A stretch of 43,821 bases of DNA from a virus. Taxonomy: Duplodnaviria > Caudoviricetes. This document shows, piece after piece, positions 26,201 to 36,141 of this stretch. The DNA lies in the IMG/VR virus record IMGVR_UViG_3300030376_002994, positions 1 through 43,821 of that record, one strand, 5' to 3'. Each line of letters begins with the position of its first letter. The first letter of the stretch is position 1. A program made the translations under genes and the position numbers. The notes beneath the pieces are model-generated. The model was given only the letters and a program-made list of their open reading frames with translations, ran no database searches and was not told the origin of the DNA.

Positions 26201-29109
26201 GAAAAATATTTAAACCTTTTGTTCTTATGAGAGCTGCTTTCATTTCAAGAATATTCTTAGAAGAACAAGCTAGAGTAGCTTCTGCACAATTAGATTCAGT
26301 TTATAATCATCCATTCAGATATTTAACTTGGGTATTTTCTCATTCAGAAGACCAACAAAAAGCATTAATGAAAAAATATGGAAACAATTTTGAAAACATT
26401 TTAAATAGCCCTGAATATAAAAACTTGATGCATCAAAATAATTTTAAGAATTTATTAGCAGACCATAAGTATGATAATCAATATAAACATTCTTTTAAAG
26501 AAGTTACATTTGATGACCCTAATTATGCAGATGCAATTTATGATGGTTTATTTAAATTAAGAAATGATGAAACAACAAGAATGGTTGCACTAGAAGGTGG
26601 AGTAACACCTGCTCTTATTGAATGGTTCTTAGGAAGTGAACAAAGACAATTACTTAGAAAAAGAGGTGGTCAAGATTGGCTCAAAGTTGCAACAAGTGAT
26701 GAACATGCTATTGCTTATTTACATTCTAGAGAAAATCATATTAGACAATTAACCGGCCATACATTAGAAGAGGGTATTGATTATCAAAGATTTTCTTATA
26801 AAGATATGAAAAATATGGATGTAGATGCTTTTGAAGCAGCACAATTAAGCCATAGAACAGATACACCTTATCATGGTCATCAAGTTTTAAGAGATGCTAT
26901 TGCAGAAGGAAAATTTGTAACAAATGATGGAAAGATTCTAGATTTAATGCCTGTAACAGATGATATAGGAACTTTAAAATCTGTAGGTGTTGATGATGAA
27001 AAAGCTATTAAAGATGCTATTAGAAGATACATGGAACAATATACAGATGATTTTGATTTTGGTGTTTTATATCAAAAACAATTTGATAATGAAGTACAAG
27101 GTATTGCCAAATTAGAAAAACAATGGGATGCTGGAGTAAACTTTTTCTTTGAAAATTTAGTCGAGAAGTCTCTTAATTATTTAAATAGAAGCGTTGTCTT
27201 TAAACAGTATTATTGGGAAAAGGTTATGGATATGTGGCACTTGTTTGATGCACCATTAAGAAAACAATATATAGATGAAATTAAAGGTGTAGGATTAGCA
27301 GATATATTCAGAATAAATGAAAAAGGTACTGATTTAAAGAATGCTCCTAAATTAGGAACAAGATATGGTGTAAAAGATGCAAGTATTATAAGTGACACAG
27401 GTAAAGCTTTTGGTTTACAAGCTACAAAAGAATTGCTATATGATGTGACAAAGAGACATAACATATCTCATAAACTTAGAAACCTTATACCTTTCCCAGA
27501 AGTTTGGTTTGAGTTATTAACTACATGGCCTAAGTTACTTGCAGAAAATCCTACAATGGCCAGAAAAGTTCAGTTAGGAATTAAAGGTGGAGCAGGAGCA
27601 TCAGGCTTAGGATATACTGGTGATGGTTTCTTTTCAGAAGACCCTAATGGTTCAGGCGAACAAATGTTTGTATATCCATTTGGTGGCTATATGAGTAACT
27701 TGATATTTGGTGAAGATTCAAATATTAAAATGTCACCTAGAGGATATGTTACAGGTGTCAACTTATTAGGACAGGGTTTTGTTCCTGGACCTACTCCTGT
27801 AGCTGGATGGGCTATAGATAAAGTTCTACCTACTGGTGGAGTTGGTCAAGAACTTAGAAGTATGTTGTTTGGTGATTTTGGACCTCCTAGAGGTGATGGT
27901 TTCTTAGATGCTATTATTCCCGACCACCCTTCATTTCAAAAGTTATTTACAGCTATAGGTGCTTCTCCATTTGGAAATCAAGCTGAAATAGAATCATCAA
28001 GAGCAAGTACATCTATTGAATTGTTTAGGTTACTTAAAATGGAAGGTGCAGAAAATAGGTTACTTAACCAAGGAGAACTAGATATGTATCTAAGAGAGAT
28101 ATCATGGAAAGGTACTACAGCTGATAAATTACCACCAAACGAAGTAACACCAGATATCTTAGATTCAGCATTAAGGGCATACGCTAAAGATAAAACAAGT
28201 ACTACATTTGCATTTAGATTTATGGCACAGTTTGTGTTACCTACTGGATTTACACCTAGATATTATGCAGAAGATAAAAATGGAAAAATGTGGGCTACAC
28301 AGTTATTAGCTAAAGAGTATCAAAACTTAGTACAAAAACATCAAGGTGACCATGTAGCTGCATATGAATCATTTGTAAGATTGTATGGATATGAGCATGG
28401 TTGGATAACAACTTCTAAATCTGTATCTGCTAATAAACAAGCTTATTCTGAAAGAGTACTTGAATGGCAGAATAAAAATAGTAACTTACTAGAACAATTA
28501 CCTAGAAGTGCATTCTATGCTTTACCTGATAACCCAGCAGAACAAAGAAGTTATCAAGAAATAATTAGGCAGTACGAAATAGGAGAAAGAGAAGTCTTAT
28601 CCTTAGAAGAGTTTAATTTAGCTGCTAATGATACTATTGGTTACTTTATGTACACATCATTTAAAGAAAAATATGAAAACTCTGGTATGCCTGAAAATGA
28701 AAAGAATAAGTTATTTAGAATTTATAGAACTGCTTTAATACAACAATTGCCAGGTTTTGAAGCTACAGGTGGTTTAAAAAAACCAGCTACTTCTCAAGAG
28801 ATATTAAGAGAAATGATTACTAAATGGCCTAACCTACCTGAAATACAAGAAACAGAAGCAGGTGCAGCATTTGTTAATGTATTCTTACCTAGATGGCAAG
28901 CAATGGAAACTCAATCAGAAAGAGTAGCTCCATCAGGAAATCCAACATGGTGGTTGTCATCTACAGATAATTTAGCTATTATGATGCGTGCAGACATGGC
29001 TAACTTTATAGAAGAAATAATAGTAGAATCACCTGATTTTGCACCTATTTGGACTAATATAATTAGTAGAATGTTCAGAGATGACCATGAAATGTTTAAT
29101 CAAGGATAA
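23290..29109 (+). CDS. giant internal virion (ejection) protein, 1939 aa
   Basis: Size, position between portal and capsid module, no tape-measure periodicity. Confidence 0.65.
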   Translation: MFLDPFMEQSYYMAQKMEQDLVKLYSSPEFRPILNQLQSGMIRDSLAAPIKDKQLIFAEQVLPVSETLSKQMLADEAQEEWVLQESKNWDELSAKFRDEKITDDMHLSVMDILSGGWAPGGRTPDEVGGWSLPIWVVGTLDAIRETWNKWNPLPTSDVLQFGGGGVPYRAQGRIWRYYQDLRRYDELLEKGYTPDVAQANIASLVNISEVPNLGRDLGPGELEQNIDFMKEAIKFSGENYIWAAAKKVMNGEAVNMDRSKVFFFESIHAEEDPIYKELLLKFKGDEQKAKDLYYLKVGSPIKELDANGNINYTGIDNPNKIKIFADRRTNYNDMNITEYAQREFLNDAQQTPYSWGRYESGQIYQPGTTAYKVTSGLLDFASALPAEYFTGGLLNLGKIKKWSRSTDLLIAEKAKRLNLGQTRYLGNKKEAIELHNTIVKATKDRSKAGKQAWDNLTPDEKKIATALNNNSEDLARLQLNPTQLDDLIPEVKKALKEDRKLRRKHGLINGRVQSVFAKDSSKLMALPEYQIIRKHIATSDYHTLVNDNTLKQWVPDDAFWKHIAGKDELEIDNIFKGLLSDGVHTAQMIPQGAKANTVIQASGLPKGFSYMTNAGIRKMTGKSDFAMRSLGSVLGEQTAAVWQKSKFAMRTLRHYEDTVQQARKYTQAYKVTDGAVDGLFDTVSSLRFYYKNKIDPRTQGIKKYLGFSSNFMDGSSAWVKKMTALRTANYMTMTNGAEGTRQLIDNMNLNGFSAEYFNTRMDEWFKILEAPVEEQYRLKNNFLIDYMNDSIKQATNKVRARADAAGTSYQGDNINVLEKHAKKLITDWNSDKSYWKSSGVDGEDVYNMVFPGSSSGILYDTKKMWLQGKDYNILVPKASTLGEMTENYFPFLNQDIVDRVAGKGFFALDSNDLKKFSGYKMAKPHYKEFVKRFKASGSKGVKQYAAEIGGYIPTNKTMDDAVTLMLDSYTRKIFKPFVLMRAAFISRIFLEEQARVASAQLDSVYNHPFRYLTWVFSHSEDQQKALMKKYGNNFENILNSPEYKNLMHQNNFKNLLADHKYDNQYKHSFKEVTFDDPNYADAIYDGLFKLRNDETTRMVALEGGVTPALIEWFLGSEQRQLLRKRGGQDWLKVATSDEHAIAYLHSRENHIRQLTGHTLEEGIDYQRFSYKDMKNMDVDAFEAAQLSHRTDTPYHGHQVLRDAIAEGKFVTNDGKILDLMPVTDDIGTLKSVGVDDEKAIKDAIRRYMEQYTDDFDFGVLYQKQFDNEVQGIAKLEKQWDAGVNFFFENLVEKSLNYLNRSVVFKQYYWEKVMDMWHLFDAPLRKQYIDEIKGVGLADIFRINEKGTDLKNAPKLGTRYGVKDASIISDTGKAFGLQATKELLYDVTKRHNISHKLRNLIPFPEVWFELLTTWPKLLAENPTMARKVQLGIKGGAGASGLGYTGDGFFSEDPNGSGEQMFVYPFGGYMSNLIFGEDSNIKMSPRGYVTGVNLLGQGFVPGPTPVAGWAIDKVLPTGGVGQELRSMLFGDFGPPRGDGFLDAIIPDHPSFQKLFTAIGASPFGNQAEIESSRASTSIELFRLLKMEGAENRLLNQGELDMYLREISWKGTTADKLPPNEVTPDILDSALRAYAKDKTSTTFAFRFMAQFVLPTGFTPRYYAEDKNGKMWATQLLAKEYQNLVQKHQGDHVAAYESFVRLYGYEHGWITTSKSVSANKQAYSERVLEWQNKNSNLLEQLPRSAFYALPDNPAEQRSYQEIIRQYEIGEREVLSLEEFNLAANDTIGYFMYTSFKEKYENSGMPENEKNKLFRIYRTALIQQLPGFEATGGLKKPATSQEILREMITKWPNLPEIQETEAGAAFVNVFLPRWQAMETQSERVAPSGNPTWWLSSTDNLAIMMRADMANFIEEIIVESPDFAPIWTNIISRMFRDDHEMFNQG

Positions 29110-29111
29110 TA

Positions 29112-30740
29112 ATGACCACTGAAAATAATAAATCAAGAGAACGAGGCAAAAAATTTAGACAGTGGATTCTTAGTTTATTTAACCAACCAGCAACTCAAGA
29201 TTATCTGGAAATGAAATATGGTATTACACCTGAAGCATTACCTACATATGGTAATTGGGAATCAGATGTTGACTTTGAAAGCTGGATTTTTAATCTTGGT
29301 GGAGATGGAATGTTAGAAAGTATTGTAATAGCTGGAGTAGAAATTCCTATTAAAGAGCTTCCAAGTTATGAAGAAAATTTTAAAGAACCATTGGGTAGTA
29401 CAGGATTTTGGGGAGGTGTATTTGATTTACCTGCAGAGTGGGATGATTACGCTGTAGAAATTTTAAAAACTGAAGGTAAGATAAATACAGTACCAGAAAC
29501 ACCAGAAACATATGGACCTACTGAATCTCCTGGTGCATCATTTACTGGTGAAGCAACAGGTGAGATACAAGAAGAGATGGATGCTGAAGAAGCAGCTGAC
29601 CCTGATTTTCAAGCTTTAAAAGAAGGAACAGTAGAAGAAGAAGAACCAGGTTCTAAGTTTTATCAATGGTCAGATTTTGAAAAGAACTCATTAACTGAAA
29701 AACAATGGGAAGATTACTTAGAAGCTATCCAAAGAGGTCAAACACCAGCAGAAGCATGGGGTCAGGTTACATTTGGTGACCCAGCTAATTTCAATTACAT
29801 ATACACATGGGATGGTGAAAAAAGAAAACCAGCTTATTTTTATGATGAAGAAATTAGTCCAAATCCAATTCCAATTCCTATAGCTGCTCAACCAGTAAAT
29901 CATATATCTGAAAATCTTTTTATGGGTCAAATTCATAATCAGTTTTCTCCAGACCAAGTTGAATGGTTAAAAGATTTCTTAATTATGAGTGGTGTAGCAG
30001 AAGATGGTGATTTTGCTGCACATGGTTTTGTTGATAGAAGTTTAGAATTATATTTAGGACAGATGATTGAAATGGCTAATACTAATTATGGTCATATTGC
30101 ACATAAAAGTGATGACTATTACAAATTAATAGAATCTGGAAAATCAATATTTGGTGGAAATAAACCTGTTGGCTTAACTGAACAACAATGGTTTGAATGG
30201 GGATTGTTTGCAACAGTTAGTTCACAATATGGTGTGACTCTGGATAAATCTGCTGAAATTAAAGCAAAAGAAATAGCTCAAAAAACATTAGCTGATAATG
30301 CATTGCCAAGTAAAGAAACAATGGCTCGTAGTATTAAAGCGTTAGTTAAAGAACAAATAGGTTCTGATGCTACTGAAGAACAAATACGAGAGTACACAGA
30401 TTACTGGATAGCTAGTCAAACTGAATGGGGTAAACAAATAGAGTATGCAAATAAAGTTGCTGAAGTTGGAATGGATATAGAACATTATCATATTAAATCT
30501 GGTAGAACTCTTACTATGGAAGAAGTTATGGCTATGGAAGCTGAAGCAGGTGCAGGTGGAGATACTTTAACAGGAATAGTAGGTACTAGAGATAAAGTTC
30601 CAACAGTTACAGACCCTTGGGCTTCTACTTACGATTTAATTGTAGGTGATTTAGCAGATGAAAAAGAAATTATAGAAGCTGGTAGGAAAAAGAGAGCTAA
30701 ACAATCTGGTGTCTTACAAGCAATGGCAGGTAAGTTTTAA
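29112..30740 (+). CDS. putative internal virion protein, acidic
   Basis: Context; QVEWLKDFLIMSGV...GFVD weakly resembles a peptidoglycan-binding helix pair. Confidence 0.55.
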   Translation: MTTENNKSRERGKKFRQWILSLFNQPATQDYLEMKYGITPEALPTYGNWESDVDFESWIFNLGGDGMLESIVIAGVEIPIKELPSYEENFKEPLGSTGFWGGVFDLPAEWDDYAVEILKTEGKINTVPETPETYGPTESPGASFTGEATGEIQEEMDAEEAADPDFQALKEGTVEEEEPGSKFYQWSDFEKNSLTEKQWEDYLEAIQRGQTPAEAWGQVTFGDPANFNYIYTWDGEKRKPAYFYDEEISPNPIPIPIAAQPVNHISENLFMGQIHNQFSPDQVEWLKDFLIMSGVAEDGDFAAHGFVDRSLELYLGQMIEMANTNYGHIAHKSDDYYKLIESGKSIFGGNKPVGLTEQQWFEWGLFATVSSQYGVTLDKSAEIKAKEIAQKTLADNALPSKETMARSIKALVKEQIGSDATEEQIREYTDYWIASQTEWGKQIEYANKVAEVGMDIEHYHIKSGRTLTMEEVMAMEAEAGAGGDTLTGIVGTRDKVPTVTDPWASTYDLIVGDLADEKEIIEAGRKKRAKQSGVLQAMAGKF

Positions 30741-33700
30741 TGGCTGATATATCAAAAGAAGAGTTTATAAAGGCGTTAAAAGCTAATAATACAATACCTG
30801 AAGCTACAAAATTAGTTCTGTTAGAAGCATTAGAGAATGCACCAGCTAAACAAAAGTTTGATTCAAAAGTAAAAGATTATTTAGATGGGATAAAAGAAGG
30901 ATACTTAGAAGTAGATGAATTAATGGATTTCTTAGAAGATGAATTTGGATATGATAAATCTTCAGGAACTTTTAATGACCCAAAAGCAGCTAAAGAAGTA
31001 ACAGAGAAAGCTAAAGAAACTACATCTAAAGAAGCTCAAGCTAAAGCTGACAAAGTTACTGAAGCTCCAGATATTGCTAAACAAGTTGTCTTACAAGGTA
31101 AAGAAGATGAATTTGTAGACCAGCTTGAAGGTGTTGGTGATGATGGTATTGTAGATGAAGGTGAGGGTTTTGATGATTGGATGGATAAAAGAAATAAAAG
31201 AATAGTTAAAAGTGGTGGTACAGTACGAGCTATGCGTGGTGGTGAATTAGGTAATCCATTTTATTATAAAGGTGGTGGAAAAGATGCAATAGTAAAAGTA
31301 GGTATTGAAGAATCAGCAGATGTAGTAATGCCAAAAGGAAGTACTGAAGATGATTTAATTAAAAAAGTTGTTGAACTACATAAAGACTGGTTAACTTGGT
31401 CTAACTTACCTGAAGGTTTAAGTGATGACCAATTGTTTGAATTACAAGCTCTAAGAGATAAACAATTAACAATTATGGGTAACTTACCTGATGATTATAC
31501 ATTAGAATATTACAGACCAGATGCTGAATCCTCGCATGCTAAAACATTAGTAGATTTTATAGATAATACAGGAGATTTTGATTTAAAGGGTGATGGCATA
31601 ACACTTGAGGTATCAAGTAAAGGAGATGAATTTGGTAAACAGTTCTCTGCTTTAAATGCTACTTTTAAAGAAGGTGAATATGCTGGTAAAACTATAGAAG
31701 ATGTATGGCAAAATGAAATTAAAAAATCTGGTAAAGGTAAACCACCTGCAGAAGGAAGTGTATTATTTGGTAAATCTTTTGAAGATAGCAAAGCTGCTTA
31801 TCAAGAATTATGGGAAATGTGGGCTGTTGAGAATCCTCAATTAATAGCTGAATTGCAAGATAGAGTTAATCAAGGATATCAATTAGTAGATTCATTTGGT
31901 AAAGAAGGAACTGTAAATCAAGCAGAAGCTTTAACTAACATAATATATAATTTAAATAATGAAGAAAAAGCATTAAAAGCAGATGAAGCTAAAAGTAGAC
32001 AAGTTCCATTTGAAAAAGTACCCACTACCCAACCAGGACCTGGAGTATCAAGAGCAAACAGTAATTATTGGGGTGTAAGAACTGGAGATAATTATATAGC
32101 TGCTGCTGAAGCTGAGGGGTTTACTCTTGACTTTACAAGTGAAGATGCAGGTAGTGGTAGTACTAAAAAGTCAGGTGCTTATGAACCAAACTTAAAAATA
32201 ATGAGAGAATTTCCTCATTTAAAAGGATTATCTGATGAAGAAATACTAAATGCAACTTATAAACAAATTAAATTAACAAAAGACCTTAAATTTGCAAACC
32301 CAGATGAAGTAGCAGAAATAGCTGCATTAGTAGCAAAAGCTTTAAACAATGGTAAAACAATTAATATTGCAGGTAATCAAGTGTATAGGTTTCCAAATAA
32401 AACTCAAAATGATGTCGATAGATTATTTGCAGAATTTATGGATATGGTTCAAGATAATCCAGTTACTGATTGGAATAATGCTACTATTAGAAGTGGTGGC
32501 CAAAATGGATTTGATTTATCTGGTTTAAGATGGGCCAACTTCTTTAATATACCTTTTAGATTACATACTGGTAAAGATAAATTATATAGAATGATAGGTG
32601 GTGGAGATGTAGTAGGTGATATAAATGAATATATTCCTTTATTACAATATGATGAAAAAGGTAGATTTAATGATGAACAATTAAAAACACCAAAGAAAAC
32701 TACTTCAAGTAATAAAGCTACAACTCAACCTAAAACAACTGAGAAGTTACCTCCTGATACTAGTAAAACTCTTAAAAGGTTACAAAGCGAATTTGAAAAT
32801 ATTAAAGATTCTTCTAAAGGTGTTAAAGACCAATGGTGGAAATCATTAACACAAGACGAACAAAATTATATTAAAACTCTTATAGAACAAAAGAATGTTA
32901 CTGCATCAGCACAAGGTACACCAGATGTTAAAGCAACAGCAGAACCAGATATACCTACTAGAAAAACAGGACAAATGGAATTAGAACATTTTTGGTTAAA
33001 CAAACAATATAATGAAATGATACCTGTTTCATCTGTTGATGGTGCTTCTAGTTGGAGACGATATGTTCCAATGGGAGTTAAAATTCATGATTGGGAAACA
33101 AACAAAGCTAAGTTAATAAACGGTATGCCAGCTGGAACAGCATATGAACCTGTACAAATATTAAGAGGTTATCAAACAGGTCTAGTGCTTCCTGAGACAA
33201 TGGCTGATATAACTAAAAATCCTCAAAGCTTTATTAAAGATGGAGAAGCTACTTATCAAAGAACAAAACCAGGAGAATATGACCCTAGAACAGTTAAAAG
33301 TGTAAACAAAAAAACTGGTGAAATTAAAAAAGTACCAGGTGTTGAACCAGTTAAATTAGAAAAAGGTTCAGCAGAAGTTACAGGTTTAATTAAAGAAGGA
33401 GATATTATAACTTCAGGATTTGCAAGTGACGCTGAAAAAGATGTTACTAGATATATTAACCAAACAACAGATGTAGGAGCTAGACCTGCAGCTGGTTTTG
33501 GTGTTAATTATGGTGTACCGGTTAAAGTAGTAAAAGCTTGGCAATTACCAGAACAAATTACTGAAGAATTTTTTGATACACCATTAGCTAAAAAAATGGC
33601 TGAATCTTTAAATCTTACTGATGAAGCATTAAAAGAAAAATTACTTTTTGGTAAAAAGAATAAAGAAGGTAAAAATAGCATGATACCTTTTAATAAAAAA

Positions 33701-34900
33701 ACATTCTGGAATGGTTGGTTTTATGAAGTAGAACCTATTGCATTGAATGATGAAAATTATAAATGGGAACAAGTACAACAAAAGCATTTACAAGCTGATA
33801 TTGAAACAGATGTTGCTATGAAGAACTGGTTTGGTCATAAATATGGAATAAAGAACTTAGCTGCAGTTGGTGGCCTATTAATGAGACTAGCTCCTATAGT
33901 TGATTACGGTGAATATGCGTATGGTTTTGGTATCAAAGGTGTAAATGCTTTAATTAAACAAGCAGAAAAAGGATTCATAGGAGCTCAAGCTACTAAATAT
34001 ATACCTGGAAATATGATATATTCTAAATTAGCTAGAGATGTTGGAGATGTAAGAAAAGGCCTTTTACCTAAAACTAGAGGTTTCTTAGGTGAAATGGGTA
34101 CTAGAGCTAAAGTTACAGCATTCGGTGGTAGGGAAGCAGCTAAAGGAGCACATACAACAGGAGAACTTTTCAAAAGTAAAATAGGTAAAAGAGTAACAGC
34201 TAAAGGTGCTACAGGTTCGGTTAAATATGTAGGTCTGTATGAAAAATATAACTTCCTTTATGGTTTATTATCTGGATTACTTTTATCGGGTATAGAGACA
34301 TTAGGAATTATTGGTAAAGATACTATTGGTGAAAACAATATCAGAACTCAATTAGGTGGAGATTATGAAGCATGGGCTGAAAGTAATGGAATATTAGATA
34401 AGATAGGACCTTGGCCATTGATATCTAGCTTAGAAAGAGCTGAATCATTAGGTTATTTAGATGAAGGATTTACAGATAATTATATTAATCAAACAAATAC
34501 TAAATGGATGGGAGTAGTACACGAATTTCTAGGTACAGAACATTATGACCAAATGGATAAAGTTAATGTTCTTTGGCAAGATAAAAAAAGACCTAGAGGT
34601 TGGTTTACTAGTTTCAATGATATCTTTGGATTAAGTTCTGAAGGTGCAATAGCAAATGCTGGTGTTCTTCCTAGAACTGGTTTAGCTCCTGCTATTAAAA
34701 GGTCTCCAATAGTTTCTGGTATTGAGATACCATTTGAAAATTGGTTCTTACCTAAAGTAGGATTAGATAGTTGGGTAGTAGAAGACAAACCTTTAACAAT
34801 ACAAGATGAAGAAGATTTTGCTAATCAAGTAGGACAAATACCTGCTACAGTAGATAATAATGCATGGCTAGGAAACATAGCTGACTTTGGAGATTACTAA
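30740..34900 (+). CDS. polyvalent multi-domain protein (DUF4326-like, EVSSKGD domain, SLOG/cpYpsA-like)
   Basis: RGGELGNPF...SHAKTL; EVSSKGD..FSALNA..TIEDVWQ..NQAEAL; RTGDN..TINIAGN..IRSGGQNGFD. Confidence 0.7.
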   Translation: MADISKEEFIKALKANNTIPEATKLVLLEALENAPAKQKFDSKVKDYLDGIKEGYLEVDELMDFLEDEFGYDKSSGTFNDPKAAKEVTEKAKETTSKEAQAKADKVTEAPDIAKQVVLQGKEDEFVDQLEGVGDDGIVDEGEGFDDWMDKRNKRIVKSGGTVRAMRGGELGNPFYYKGGGKDAIVKVGIEESADVVMPKGSTEDDLIKKVVELHKDWLTWSNLPEGLSDDQLFELQALRDKQLTIMGNLPDDYTLEYYRPDAESSHAKTLVDFIDNTGDFDLKGDGITLEVSSKGDEFGKQFSALNATFKEGEYAGKTIEDVWQNEIKKSGKGKPPAEGSVLFGKSFEDSKAAYQELWEMWAVENPQLIAELQDRVNQGYQLVDSFGKEGTVNQAEALTNIIYNLNNEEKALKADEAKSRQVPFEKVPTTQPGPGVSRANSNYWGVRTGDNYIAAAEAEGFTLDFTSEDAGSGSTKKSGAYEPNLKIMREFPHLKGLSDEEILNATYKQIKLTKDLKFANPDEVAEIAALVAKALNNGKTINIAGNQVYRFPNKTQNDVDRLFAEFMDMVQDNPVTDWNNATIRSGGQNGFDLSGLRWANFFNIPFRLHTGKDKLYRMIGGGDVVGDINEYIPLLQYDEKGRFNDEQLKTPKKTTSSNKATTQPKTTEKLPPDTSKTLKRLQSEFENIKDSSKGVKDQWWKSLTQDEQNYIKTLIEQKNVTASAQGTPDVKATAEPDIPTRKTGQMELEHFWLNKQYNEMIPVSSVDGASSWRRYVPMGVKIHDWETNKAKLINGMPAGTAYEPVQILRGYQTGLVLPETMADITKNPQSFIKDGEATYQRTKPGEYDPRTVKSVNKKTGEIKKVPGVEPVKLEKGSAEVTGLIKEGDIITSGFASDAEKDVTRYINQTTDVGARPAAGFGVNYGVPVKVVKAWQLPEQITEEFFDTPLAKKMAESLNLTDEALKEKLLFGKKNKEGKNSMIPFNKKTFWNGWFYEVEPIALNDENYKWEQVQQKHLQADIETDVAMKNWFGHKYGIKNLAAVGGLLMRLAPIVDYGEYAYGFGIKGVNALIKQAEKGFIGAQATKYIPGNMIYSKLARDVGDVRKGLLPKTRGFLGEMGTRAKVTAFGGREAAKGAHTTGELFKSKIGKRVTAKGATGSVKYVGLYEKYNFLYGLLSGLLLSGIETLGIIGKDTIGENNIRTQLGGDYEAWAESNGILDKIGPWPLISSLERAESLGYLDEGFTDNYINQTNTKWMGVVHEFLGTEHYDQMDKVNVLWQDKKRPRGWFTSFNDIFGLSSEGAIANAGVLPRTGLAPAIKRSPIVSGIEIPFENWFLPKVGLDSWVVEDKPLTIQDEEDFANQVGQIPATVDNNAWLGNIADFGDY

Positions 34901-36141
34901 TGTCAATAGAAGAAAATAAAGCACAGATACTTAAAGTTGTAGATTCAGATGGAAATGAAACTGGTGATTTCTATGTTGTTATAGATACAGGTGGAGTTAA
35001 ATTTGTATTCAAACCTACTCAATCATATGAAGAAACATTAGAAATATACAAAGATGTTATAGAAGTAGAAGAAACAGATTCAACAGAAATAGATTTTGAA
35101 AAAAGATTTATTGATGATGACTTAATGGTGTATTGGGGAGAAATAGACCAGTACACAGATACTACTGAAGATGTTATTAACAGTATTAAAACAGCTAGTG
35201 CTAATGAAATATGGTGGAAAAATGAGAGCTTTAGAAATGCTTATGTAGATATTTGGGAGAATAGCCATGAGGATGGTGTATTTGATTCTGATAAATTCCT
35301 TGCTGATTTAAGAGCTTCTAATACTATAGCTGCTGCATTTGGAGAAGAAGGTGTAACTAAAGAAACTTTTAATAGGTCTATTGATGAAAGATTAGACCCA
35401 GACCAATTTATATTAGATGATACATTTGCAAAAACAATGGTATATGAAACTGCTATCGCAGGTTTAGGTCCTGATGGTGCTGATATTGTTAATGATAATG
35501 CTGATTTAAAAAGAACTTTAGATTTATTAGCTTTTAAATACAATAGTGGACATTTTGGTAAAGTAGGTGGTGATGAAGCTAAAGCACATTTGAGTGTTCA
35601 AATTACAGCTTTGATTGACCCTTCATCTAGACTAGAAAATGGTGGTTATTATGAATTAGAATCAGATGTAGCTAATTCTATTAATGGTATAGAAATACCA
35701 ACTACTACTAAAAAAGAAAGTGAAGTAGAAGAAATACTTAATCAATGGGTACCTTCAAGTCAACATGGTTCATTTGATATAGCTAGTGAAGCTGCAAAGT
35801 TAAGAAGAAATCCTTTATATAAAACAGAATTAATTGAAAAAGCTAAGAATGCTAAATTCGCACAATACTCTATGTATGATAAAGATATAGATTGGAATAC
35901 TATTAAAGCTCAAGGTGTAAATTTAATTAGTAATGCTTGGGGAGTTACTCCAAAAGATGATGACCCTATCTTGCATGAAGTATTAACATTAAATGATACT
36001 AATAAAGCAAATGCATACTTAAGAGCTGAAGGTTTAAAAGTAGGTAATGAAAAAGTTAAGAATGATTATGCTAAAGCTGTAGCTCAAGCTTATGGTGATG
36101 ACATAATCAGAACCCCTGGATTTACAGAAGGAAGGTACTAA
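34900..36141 (+). CDS. putative internal virion protein
   Basis: Context; TAATG-coupled. Confidence 0.55.
   Translation: MSIEENKAQILKVVDSDGNETGDFYVVIDTGGVKFVFKPTQSYEETLEIYKDVIEVEETDSTEIDFEKRFIDDDLMVYWGEIDQYTDTTEDVINSIKTASANEIWWKNESFRNAYVDIWENSHEDGVFDSDKFLADLRASNTIAAAFGEEGVTKETFNRSIDERLDPDQFILDDTFAKTMVYETAIAGLGPDGADIVNDNADLKRTLDLLAFKYNSGHFGKVGGDEAKAHLSVQITALIDPSSRLENGGYYELESDVANSINGIEIPTTTKKESEVEEILNQWVPSSQHGSFDIASEAAKLRRNPLYKTELIEKAKNAKFAQYSMYDKDIDWNTIKAQGVNLISNAWGVTPKDDDPILHEVLTLNDTNKANAYLRAEGLKVGNEKVKNDYAKAVAQAYGDDIIRTPGFTEGRY

Noticed and set aside
23290-29109. Virion RNA polymerase to match the hairpin promoters
   Set aside because: I found no DxDxD double-psi-barrel motif (nearest is DDFDFG) and no T7-type motif B; structure prediction is needed to exclude it fully.
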